DNA from: Polyangiales bacterium
GTDB lineage: Bacteria; Myxococcota_A; Polyangia; Polyangiales; Ga0077539
Assembly (NCBI GenBank): GCA_044229975.1
Contig: JBGARZ010000016.1
Span: 64,001 to 128,000 of the forward strand
Direction: 5' to 3'
Length of the DNA: 64,000 nucleotides
Part shown: positions 46,013 to 55,600 of the stretch, one piece after another
Layout: the number at the start of each line of letters is the position of its first letter
How positions within the stretch are numbered: the first letter of the stretch is position 1
Program-made: the position numbers and the translations under genes
The notes under the pieces: model-generated
Told to the model about the DNA's origin: nothing
What the model saw: only the letters and a program-made list of their open reading frames with translations
The model's database searches: none

Positions 46013-48379
46013 TCACTGGAGGGTCGGCGCGCCCAGCGCGTCGAGCAGCGCGAGGGCCATCTGCTTGCGGTCGCCGCCGCCGTCGTCGACGCCCGGGCTC
46101 ACGCACGCCGGGCACCCGTGCGGACACGGGCAGTCGAGCACCAGCGAGCGCACCTGTGAGAGCAGCACCTCGCGCCGCTCGAAGGCCCGCTCGGCGAGCC
46201 CCACGCCGCCCGGCGCCGCGTCGAACAAGAACAGCGTCGGCGACACCACCCCCGGGTCGTCGTCGGCGGCGGGGAGCAGCTCGATGGAGGTTCCGAGGTC
46301 TTGCGGCGCGCACATCAGCGCGAGGCTCGCCACGGAGCGCAGCGCGTGACCGATGCCGCGCAGCCCGTCGAGCACCCGCGCCCGGCCGCTCACCTCGCCT
46401 TCGCCGTCCATGCGCGCGCACGCGGCGTCGAAGCGGTCGGCGGGGAGGGTGATCCAGCAGGCGTCGGTCTCGATGACGAAGGGCGGGAGGTCGAGCTTGT
46501 CCTGCCCGAGGTGCTCGTGGGTGTGAAACCTCACGCGACGGAAGCCCGTCACCTCGGTGGTCACCTGCACCTCGCCCACGGTCGCCGTCGGGCCGTCGCT
46601 CTCGCCGATGAGCGGGGCCGTCTCTTCGGCGTGCAGCACCTCCAGGTGCGTTCGGGTGACGGCCTCGGTGAACCAGTCGTGCGGCGACGGAACCACCATC
46701 GCCCGCCGCCCGTCGAGGTCGAGCGACTCGACCAGCCACGGGACGCCCTCGTGCTGGTACACCGCCCGCGCGTGCAGTTGCAGCAGCGCGCTGCGGTGGT
46801 CGAGCTCGGCGAGCGTGCGCTGGGCCTCGCGCTCGATGACGGCCACCCGCACGTCGCTCACCGAGCGCAGCGACACCTTCTGCGCGGGGTAGTCGGCGGC
46901 CACCCAGGTGAAGCGTTCGCCGCTCTTGTGCAGCGAGCCTTCTTCGACGAGCACCGCGAGCGCGTCGTGCGTCGCCTCGGCGGAGAGCTCGCCGTACGAC
47001 TCGCGTCCGCCGAAGGGCAGCTCGAAGGCCGCGCAGCGCAGGTGCTGGAGCAGCAGCTCGACGTTGTTGGGGTCGACCCGCGCCTCCTCGATGGGCGCGC
47101 CGAGGATCCACCGCGGGTCGCGCGCGAGGTACTGATCGACGGGCGCGGCGGAGGTGACCAGCAGCGCGAGCGACCCGACGCCGCGGCGGCCCGCGCGGCC
47201 GAAGCGCTGCCAGAGGGCGGCGAGCGTTCCGGGGTAGGCGGCGCACACGACGGCGTCGAGGTCGCCGAGGTCGATGCCGAGCTCCAGCGCGGAGGTCGCG
47301 ATCACGCAGCGAACGTCGCCGTCACGAAGACCCTGCTCGATGCGTCGACGGGTCTCCGGGAGATACCCACCACGGTACGCCTGGAGCGCCTCGTCGGGGA
47401 TGCCCTCCGGGCGCAGGCGGTCGCGCAGGTAGCGGAGCATCGTCTCGACGGCGTGGCGTGATCCGCCGAAGACGAGCGTGGGGACCTTGGCGCGCACGAG
47501 GTCGGCGGCGAGGCGAACGGCCGAGCGGGTGTAGCTCGCGCGGACGCCCTGCTCGGCGTTGACCACGGGCGGGTTGTAGACGAGCACGTTGCGCGGGCCG
47601 ATGGGGGCGCCCGAGCGGTCGAGGGTGACGACGGGCGCGCCGATCATGCGGGCGGCGTGCGGCCCTGGGTTGCCGAGCGTGGCCGACGCGCAGAGGAAGA
47701 CGGGGTCGCTGCCGTGGAAGCGGGCCACGCGGCGCAGGCGGCGCAGGACGTTGGCGACGTGGGAGCCGAAGACGCCAGTGAGCGCGTGGAGCTCGTCGAC
47801 GATGACGTAGCGGAGCGTGGAGAAGAAGCGCGACCAGCTCGCGTGGTGGGGGAGCATCCCCGCGTGGAGCATGTCGGGGTTGGTGATGATCACGTTGGCG
47901 CGATCGCGGGCGCGGCGACGGGCGTCGGCGGGCGTGTCGCCGTCGTAGGCGGACACCACGGCATCGAGCTTGGAAGCGGCGAAGAGGGCGGTGAGGGAGT
48001 GCTCTTGATCGCGGGCGAGGGCTTTCGTGGGGAGCAGGGCGAGGGCGCGGGCGCCAGGCTCGCGGGCGAGGCGCTCGGCGAGGGGAAGGCTGAAGCAGAG
48101 GGATTTGCCCGACGCGGTGGGCGTGGCGACGACGAGGTGGCGGCCGGCGCGGGCGTGTTCGAGGGCGTCGCGCTGGTGGCGGTAGAGGGCGGTGATGTCG
48201 CGCGCGCGGAGGCCGTCGCGGACGGACTCGGGGAGGTCGTCGGGGATGGGGACGACGTCGGAGGCGGTGGGGTCGAGCGTGCGGTCGAGCGCGAGGTCGC
48301 GGCGTATCGCGTCGTCGCGACGCCATCGGTCGAGCACGGCGTCGACGCCGCGGGAACGCTGCCAGGGGGCGCGGGGCAT
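46013..48379 (-). CDS. DEAD/DEAH-box helicase with DUF1998 (MrfA/YprA/Hrq1 family)
   Basis: TPTASGKS, TNPDMLH, DELH, SAT, TSALELGID, QRFGRAGR, C-terminal CPCPHGCPAC. Confidence 0.93.
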   Translation of the reverse strand: MPRAPWQRSRGVDAVLDRWRRDDAIRRDLALDRTLDPTASDVVPIPDDLPESVRDGLRARDITALYRHQRDALEHARAGRHLVVATPTASGKSLCFSLPLAERLAREPGARALALLPTKALARDQEHSLTALFAASKLDAVVSAYDGDTPADARRRARDRANVIITNPDMLHAGMLPHHASWSRFFSTLRYVIVDELHALTGVFGSHVANVLRRLRRVARFHGSDPVFLCASATLGNPGPHAARMIGAPVVTLDRSGAPIGPRNVLVYNPPVVNAEQGVRASYTRSAVRLAADLVRAKVPTLVFGGSRHAVETMLRYLRDRLRPEGIPDEALQAYRGGYLPETRRRIEQGLRDGDVRCVIATSALELGIDLGDLDAVVCAAYPGTLAALWQRFGRAGRRGVGSLALLVTSAAPVDQYLARDPRWILGAPIEEARVDPNNVELLLQHLRCAAFELPFGGRESYGELSAEATHDALAVLVEEGSLHKSGERFTWVAADYPAQKVSLRSVSDVRVAVIEREAQRTLAELDHRSALLQLHARAVYQHEGVPWLVESLDLDGRRAMVVPSPHDWFTEAVTRTHLEVLHAEETAPLIGESDGPTATVGEVQVTTEVTGFRRVRFHTHEHLGQDKLDLPPFVIETDACWITLPADRFDAACARMDGEGEVSGRARVLDGLRGIGHALRSVASLALMCAPQDLGTSIELLPAADDDPGVVSPTLFLFDAAPGGVGLAERAFERREVLLSQVRSLVLDCPCPHGCPACVSPGVDDGGGDRKQMALALLDALGAPTLQ

Positions 48380-48473
48380 CGGTAGGGTGCGCGAGGGTAG
48401 CGCGAACGAACCGCGACAGGGACACCGGGGAGGGGGATCGACGAGGGTCGCATCGTCCCGGTACCTTTGCGGC

Positions 48474-49637
48474 GTGGAAGACCATCGTCGAAGCGCCCTG
48501 GCGCTGGTGTTGCCGTGCCTGCTCGTCGCCGCGTGCGGCCCTACCGAAGAAGCCGTCGTGGCTTCGAACGACCCTACGGACATGGACGCTGCCGTCCGCC
48601 CCGTCGACGTCGGCCGTCCCGCGGATGCGGGCTCTGTCGACCCGCCCGACCGCCCGAGCGTGATCGACGCGGGCTCTCCCGACGCCGCTGCTCCGGTCGA
48701 CCGACCGGTGCCCATCGACGCGCCGGTGCCCATCGACGTGCCGACCGCGGTCGATCGTCCGGTGCCCGTCGACGTGGGCGATCCGGGCACCGACGAGGCC
48801 ACCATGGGCGAGGCGGCCTTCCCGCGAAACTTCGGCTGCACCGCGCGCGTCGGCGCCCGCCTCACGGTCCGCAACGCCGGAACCTCCACCTGGACCAACG
48901 CCGCCGGCTACGCGCTCGGCGCCGTCGACGACAGCGACCCGCTCTCCTCCGCGACGCGGGTGCGCCTGCCCGATGGCGTGTCGGTCGCGCCGGGGGCGAC
49001 GTACGAGTTCACCATCCCGCTGGAGGCGCCGGGTCGCGCGGGCGCCGTCACCACCGACTGGCGGATGGTGCACGACGGCGTGCGGTGGTTTGGCGAGACG
49101 TCGCGCCACGAGATCACGGTGCACTGCACCACCGCCGCGGCCGCTGACTTCCGGCTCGCGGACGTGACGGTCGTGTCGAGCCCCGACGTGCGCGGCTTCG
49201 CGGTGACGTCGCGCATCACGTCGCTGTCGTTTCGCCCCGGAACCATCCACATCGACCACGAGCGCCGCGGGATGTGGCCGCCCGTGGTGATCGACGCGAG
49301 CGACGGCACCACGCAGGAGGCCACCATCTGGGTGTTCTTCCACATCGGCGACACCTGGTATGCGACGGGGGCGGAGCGGCTGCGGCCCAACCAGACCGAC
49401 AAGGCCCTGCCCAACCCGTCGTCGATGGGCAACGAGTGGCTCTACGACCCGGGTCGTTGGGCCGCGATGACCAACTACGTCCCGTCGCCGGGCGACCTCG
49501 TGGGCTTCATGGTCGTCGCCGGATCGACCCGCTCGGACGACCACGTCATCGTCAACGAGCGCACCGGGTTCATCCTCGTGCCCATGCCACGTGACGGGGT
49601 GGAGACGTCGTTTCCCCCCTTCGCGCGGCAGGAGTGA
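48474..49637 (+). CDS. Lipoprotein with NBR1-like Ig domain
   Basis: Lipobox LVAAC; VDVP linker; TVRNAGTSTW..VAPGATYEFT..APG..WRMVHDGVRWFG. Confidence 0.78.
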   Translation: MEDHRRSALALVLPCLLVAACGPTEEAVVASNDPTDMDAAVRPVDVGRPADAGSVDPPDRPSVIDAGSPDAAAPVDRPVPIDAPVPIDVPTAVDRPVPVDVGDPGTDEATMGEAAFPRNFGCTARVGARLTVRNAGTSTWTNAAGYALGAVDDSDPLSSATRVRLPDGVSVAPGATYEFTIPLEAPGRAGAVTTDWRMVHDGVRWFGETSRHEITVHCTTAAAADFRLADVTVVSSPDVRGFAVTSRITSLSFRPGTIHIDHERRGMWPPVVIDASDGTTQEATIWVFFHIGDTWYATGAERLRPNQTDKALPNPSSMGNEWLYDPGRWAAMTNYVPSPGDLVGFMVVAGSTRSDDHVIVNERTGFILVPMPRDGVETSFPPFARQE

Positions 49638-49732
49638 TGGCGCCCGCGGTGGGGTGTCGTTGAAGCGCGTCTTGCGTTAGACCGTCCGTCCGCTGGCGGG
49701 CGCTGAAGCCCACGGCGCAGGGAGTTCAAGCC

Positions 49733-50056
49733 ATGATGAAGATGATGGTCCGCGGTCTGGTGGTGGTGTTCGCGACCTCGCTGCTGGTCGCCTGTGGCGG
49801 CGACGACAGCACCGACTCGACGTTTTCCTGCAACGGCGGTGGCACCACCATGAACTGCCTCAGCAACACCCAGTACTGCGAGCTGGCGACCACCGACGGC
49901 ACCACGATCACCCGCGCGGCGTGCATGGCCCTCCCTTCGGGCTGTGTCGACAGCCCCTGCGGCAACTGCCTCTCCAGCGGCACCAACGGCATCATCTCGT
50001 GCAGCTCGATCCGCTTCGGCACCAACCGCTCGACGACGGTGACCGTCCGCCGCTGA
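49733..50056 (+). CDS. Small Cys-rich lipoprotein
   Basis: GGGAG RBS; lipobox LVAC; eight further Cys. Confidence 0.78.
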   Translation: MMKMMVRGLVVVFATSLLVACGGDDSTDSTFSCNGGGTTMNCLSNTQYCELATTDGTTITRAACMALPSGCVDSPCGNCLSSGTNGIISCSSIRFGTNRSTTVTVRR

Positions 50057-50057
50057 C

Positions 50058-52493
50058 CTACTGCTGCCCGGCGCGGATGGCCGGGTCGTAGAGCACGAGC
50101 CCGTCGGAGTTGGAGAGCCACACGCGGTTCTGCGCGTCGATGGCGAGGTCGTTGAACTCCTCCGTCGGCAGTCCCTGCGCCCGACCCAGGCGGGTGAAGC
50201 TCTGGCCGTCGTAGCGCCACACGCCGCGCGGCCCCGCGCCCCACAGGTTGCCGTTGGTGTCCGTCGCCAGCGCGGTCACCCGCGGCTGCGACGACGAGCC
50301 CTCCACCGGGAACGCAAACGCATCCCCAGTGCGCACCCCAAGGCCCTCGGGCGTGGCGAAGTAGATGCGGTCACCCAGCGCGCGCGCCAGGTCGCTGACG
50401 AGGTCACCGCGCACGCCCTCGGCCTCGCGGAAGCGCGCAACGTCGCCCGCGGGCGAGATGGAGGTCATGCCGTCGAGGCCCGCGAACCACGCCGCGCCGG
50501 CCGCGTCGAAGGCCACGGCGGACAGGTCGCTCGGCGTGCGCCGGCTGCCGTTTTCTCCGCCCGTCGCGGGGATGTTGGCGTTGTACTGCGGCGCCACCGG
50601 GGCGTTGGGGTCGAGCACCGCCACGCCGAGCTCGCGCGAGTCGCCCGTCGCGCCCGCCGGGGGCAGCACGCGCAGGCCGACCCAGAGCTTGCCCGCGCGG
50701 TCGCCCACGAGGAAGCGCACGTCCACGGTGCCCGGCCCGTAGGTCTCGACGGGGCCGTCGAGCAGGCGGCGCCACGTCGCGCCTTCGAGCTTGTATCCGC
50801 GCAGGATGTTGCCGTCGCCGACGCGGGCCACCGCGAAGGCGTTGACGCCCTGCGACCAGAACATCAGCGGGTGGACCTGCGGGTCTTCCTCCAGCGCCAC
50901 GCGCTCGAAGTTGCGGCCGTTGTAGCGGACGGGGCCGCCGTCCTCGCCGACCATCCAGACGTTGCCGCGCCCGTCCGTCGCGAGCGAGAGCGCGCGGCGC
51001 TGCATGGCGAGGTCGTGCACGCGGTACTCCACCGCGGTCTGGTTGGGCCGCGTCTGCACGCGCGTCACGCCGAGGCCCACGCGCGTCACGAAGGAGTCGC
51101 GCGCCGCCACGTCGACCCGCACCGCGTCGCCCGGAACCCGATCAGGAACCGCGACCAGCCCGAAGGTGGGTGCGTCGATGGTGGGCCCGCCCGACGGCCG
51201 CTCGACGGGAAACCCGAAGGCCGGAATCTCTCGCGGGCGAATGGGGGGGAGCACCACCGGGGCAGCGGTTCCACCATCGGTGGCGGCAGCGACGACGGCC
51301 GCGGCGTCCGAGGTTGTCGCAGCGACGCCAGCGTCTCCGCGGCCACCATCGACGGCCGTGGCGGGTGCCGTCGCGGCGTCGGCGACCGCGGCGTCGGCGG
51401 TGGCCACGCCGGCATCACCGCGCGCGGTGGCTGGCGTCGCAGCGGGTGCCGCGGGACGAGCGGGCGTCGCGGCGGGCGCTGCCGGGCGGGCGGGCGCGGC
51501 GGGACGGGCGGCGGGTCGGCGACCGCGACGCGTCGTGGGCGGCGGGGCAGGTGGCGGGGGCGGGGCGGGCGGCTCGTACACCGACGGGTGGAGCTCGATG
51601 TGGGCGACGCCGCCGGGGGCCGCAGCGCCAGTCGGGGTGAGGTCTTCGCCGCGGTCGAGGACGATCTCGAAGAGGCCGGCGGTGGTGACGAGCGCGACGC
51701 CGCCCGCCGAGGGGACGACGCCGAGCCAGTTGGCGCGGCCCACGTCGCCGGTGGTGTAGCCGAACCAGCGGGTGCCATCGAAGTGGGCGAGCTGCATGCC
51801 CGAGGGGCCCTGCACCAGCGCCCAGATCTTGTTGCCGGGGAGCGAGACCACCGACCGAACGAGCTGCTCGGGGATGCCCGTCGGGACGTTGTGCTCGTCG
51901 AGGGCGGAGAGGTCGGCCGAGAGCAGGAGGAGGCCCGTCTGCGCGGTGCCCACGATGACGCGGTTGTCGGCGCCGAGGGAGAGGTCGGTGACCTGGTAGC
52001 GGTCGGTGAGCTTGGACCAGGCGGTGCCGTTCCAGCGGGCGAGGCCGTGGTCGCCGCCGAGGAGGACGCCCTCCGCCGTGGCGAGCAGCGCGGTGGGGCG
52101 GCCCACGTCGGGCTGCGCCTGCGGGTGACCGACCGGCGCAAAGGGACCGGTCGCTCCGGCGCGGGCGACGCCCTCGGCGGAGACGACCCAGATGGCGCTG
52201 CCGTCATCGCTGGCGGACACGGCGATGAGGCGGTTGCCAGGGAGGCCGTCGCGGGTGGTGAGGCGGGTGGGGGTTCCGCCGGTGGCGGGGTACTTCAGGA
52301 GGCCGCGCTCGGTGGCGACGTAGACGGAGCCTTCGGCGCTGGCGACATCGTTGATGAAGTCCGAGTCGGTGAAGACGCGCACCGGGCCCGAGGCGTTGCC
52401 CTCGGTGTTGGGCCGGGCCCGCGCCGACGAGCAGGCGAGGGGGAGCGCGGACAGCGCGAGCGCAGCGAGGGCAGAACGGTTCGACAGCTTCAA
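50058..52493 (-). CDS. Lipoprotein with two-component-regulator-type propeller repeats
   Basis: GGAGG RBS before TTG 52493; lipobox PLAC; DGLPGN, D.RGNVW, DTNGNLW, DAQNRVW blades separated by a Pro/Ala linker. Confidence 0.82.
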   Translation of the reverse strand: MKLSNRSALAALALSALPLACSSARARPNTEGNASGPVRVFTDSDFINDVASAEGSVYVATERGLLKYPATGGTPTRLTTRDGLPGNRLIAVSASDDGSAIWVVSAEGVARAGATGPFAPVGHPQAQPDVGRPTALLATAEGVLLGGDHGLARWNGTAWSKLTDRYQVTDLSLGADNRVIVGTAQTGLLLLSADLSALDEHNVPTGIPEQLVRSVVSLPGNKIWALVQGPSGMQLAHFDGTRWFGYTTGDVGRANWLGVVPSAGGVALVTTAGLFEIVLDRGEDLTPTGAAAPGGVAHIELHPSVYEPPAPPPPPAPPPTTRRGRRPAARPAAPARPAAPAATPARPAAPAATPATARGDAGVATADAAVADAATAPATAVDGGRGDAGVAATTSDAAAVVAAATDGGTAAPVVLPPIRPREIPAFGFPVERPSGGPTIDAPTFGLVAVPDRVPGDAVRVDVAARDSFVTRVGLGVTRVQTRPNQTAVEYRVHDLAMQRRALSLATDGRGNVWMVGEDGGPVRYNGRNFERVALEEDPQVHPLMFWSQGVNAFAVARVGDGNILRGYKLEGATWRRLLDGPVETYGPGTVDVRFLVGDRAGKLWVGLRVLPPAGATGDSRELGVAVLDPNAPVAPQYNANIPATGGENGSRRTPSDLSAVAFDAAGAAWFAGLDGMTSISPAGDVARFREAEGVRGDLVSDLARALGDRIYFATPEGLGVRTGDAFAFPVEGSSSQPRVTALATDTNGNLWGAGPRGVWRYDGQSFTRLGRAQGLPTEEFNDLAIDAQNRVWLSNSDGLVLYDPAIRAGQQ

Positions 52494-52682
52494 GGGCGAG
52501 TACCTCCAGCGAGCGCGGTGGGTGTCGCAGCGAAGGTCGCGGCTTGTCAACGGCGGCGTGGAGGCGCTGACGTTCGGAGCAGGTGTTGGCGGGAGGGGGC
52601 AAGGACGGCCACGGAGTCGGGGCCCTCGTCTCGACCGACGACGAGCGCCTCGCATCGCCACGACCCCTGCTGCGGACCCCAG

Positions 52683-55600
52683 TCAGGGACCGAGTGCGCC
52701 GGCGGCGACCCAGCGGTTGAGCGCGTCGACCGCGGCGGCGTTGCAGAGCAAGGGCGGGCGCGGAGTTTCCTGGGGCATGCGCCCGCTCGTGGGGTTCACC
52801 CACCGAAGGATGGACGCTGACGGGCTGATGATCGGCGATGCTGATGGGTTGGCGGGGGTGATCCACCCTCGGTTGTGGAGGGCGACGTACAGGCTCTCGG
52901 CTGTGCTGCCGAAGCCGCCGTGGGTGTGAAGGTGACAGGACTGGCATCGCCCCTCGGTGCCCGGGCCCAGGTAGCGCGTGTAGATATCGGTCCACGTCGG
53001 TCCGGGGCCGGTGTACGCACCGGCGTGCGGGGGGCATGAGCTGGTGCACGCACTCGCGGGCGGGGTGGAGTTTGACGCGCGTGGCGTCGGCAAGAGCCCG
53101 TACACCGCGACCTCATTCGCCTGTGTCCCCACGTAGACGCGCCCTCCGGCCACCGTGATCGGCGGCGAACGAAGCACACCCGGGGCAGGGTTCGGCACCG
53201 TGAGCTGGTCGGACAGGTGCACCGCGCTCGAGTAGATGGGCCCGGCGCCGAGGTTCGCCGCATCGTACGCGAGGAGGCCCGTCCGGCCCGCGCAGCTCGG
53301 GACGAAGGCCCAGAGCACGCCCGTGTGCAACAGTGCTCCGTTGGAGGAGATGCTCAGGGTGCTTCGATTGACCCCGAAGTTGGCCGACGGGTCTTCCTCC
53401 GCCAGCTGGATCGTGTCCCCTGCGATCGTGTACGCGCGCAGGTGATGATCGCTCGTCCAGAGGTAGAAGCGCGACGGACCGAAGGGTGGCGTCCACCAGG
53501 CTGGGCCGGCGAAGAGGGCGCCGACGCCGCCCACGCCCGTCGGGGGGTACGTGCTCACGGCGCCCGCGTTGTCGGTCGAGAGGCCGCCCAGCGCGTCGCG
53601 CCGCAGGAGGTAGAGCACACCTCCCTTTCCGCCCACGAGCAGGCGATCGCTCCCGGGGATGAGCATCGGCCCCGCCGAGCCGAGGTCGCCGTCGCTGTCA
53701 TCAAGCTCCGGGTACTCGTAGGGCTGAAACCAGCTCTGCACGGCCAGGGAGCCGCCCGCGCGCCGCCCGACGCGCAGCACGGCATTGCTGAAGCTCGTGC
53801 TCGACGACGCGGGGCCACCCTCGAAGCTCGCCAGGAAGTCCATCCGATCGAGCACCCCCATCGAGTTGCCCATCGCGAAGTACAGGTCGCCGCTCCCGGT
53901 GCTCGCCGGACCGTTGCCGTACTGCCAGATGCCACCGCCCTGGCCGTAGGCGTCCACGATGCAGTTGTTGAGCGAGCCCGTCGCGTTGCCCGGACCAACG
54001 GGCACGTGGTTCCAGCAGATGGTGCCAGCACTGAGGCGCGGCGACGGCGACCCCGACGGCGTCGTGACCATCGCGCCCGTCTGGGCGAGCGTCCCCGCGT
54101 CGTAGGAGATGAGCCAGCCGTGATAGGGCGTCAGGTCGCAGTGGCCGCCGAAGGTGATGTGTACCTGCCCGTCCTGCAGGAGAAGCGCTGGGCGCTGCAG
54201 TTGGTAGGTCGCGTCGAAGACCACCCTCCCCATCACGTTGCCCGTGCTGGCCCGAGGGTCGGTGAACCATGGGTCGTCCGGGGCGCTGACGTCCGTGCGG
54301 GTCGCGATGCGTGCGTTGCCCGCGACCGAGGCTTCGATGCGAACGGGGCTGCCGGGCCGCTCGACGCCTGTGACCAGGTCCACCGCGTGGAGGTGGTACT
54401 CGGGGTTCGGTTGGGGCGTTGCGTCCGCCGACCCTGGGACGCTCTTCACCGTGAAGTACATGGTGCGCCGCGACAGGTCGATGACCGGCGTGCTCACGAT
54501 GCCGACGTTGTCCTCCAGGTCTCCGCACCAGTAGTAACGGCGCCGATCGACGGGTGCGCCAAGGTCGGAGCGTGACCAGTAGAGCCGACGGTCTTCCGCG
54601 TCGAAGGCATAGACCCGGTTGTTGAGCGTCGCGACGTACACCACGTCGCGCCCGCCGATGGCTCCCTGCACATAGAGTGGTTGCGCGATCACCGCACCCT
54701 GCACCGGCAGCGCGCCGAGCCGCCCGAAGGTGCTGGGGCTGACGTTTGCCACGGTCAGCGCGGTCTCGCGGAGGTTCGCTCCCGTGCGTAGCGTGTCGTT
54801 GCGTTGGGTGAGCACGTTGACCGCGTAGCGGCCGAAGCCCACGACGGGCTCGACCTGCGCGCGCGACTCCGCCACGGTGTCGTCCCCGAGCTGCCCGAAG
54901 TCGTTGGCGCCAAACGACCACACCCGACCGTCGGCGGTGGTCGCGAGCGAGTGCGCGCCCCCAGCGGCAATGGCAACCACCGCGCTCAGGCCACCAATCT
55001 GCGCGGGGGTCGGGTGCGGGGCGCTCCCCGTGCGGCCGGTGATCGGCTCCAGGACGAGCTGACCGCTGCCCCCTTCGCCCCAGCCCCAGAGCGTTCCGTC
55101 CGCGCGGCGCGCCAGGCTGTGCGCGTCGCCCGCAGCGATCGCGGTCACGCCCGTGAGCGTCATGATGCGCCGGGGCGTGAGGCGGTCCACCGTGCTCCCG
55201 TCGCCCAACTGTCCGGCGGCGTTGCTGCCCCAGGCCCACACGCTCCCGTCGCTCCCGCGCGCGAGGCTGTAACGTCCGCCCGCCACGATGCTGGCGATGA
55301 CCGGCAACCCGCCGACCATCGCAGGCGTGGCGCGCTCCGTGGTGGTCCCGTCGCCGAGCTGGCCCGAGTCGTTGTCCCCCCAAGCCCACACGGCACCGTT
55401 GTCATCGAGCGCGAGTGAGTGGGCGCCGCCCGCCGCGACCGCCCGCACGACGCCCGGCCCCGGCACCCGCGCCGGCGTGAGCCGCGTGCCCCGCTCGACC
55501 TGCCCAAGCTGCCCGTGCGCGTCGGAGCCCCACGAGAAGAGCTCGCCGGTCTGGGTGACCGCGAGCGCGTGAGCGCCGCCCGCGGCGATGCGGACCGCAT

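Noticed and set aside
46013..48379. DISARM/Druantia-type defence system
   Set aside because: None of the partner genes are present, and the neighbouring methyltransferase lacks DNA-methyltransferase catalytic motifs.
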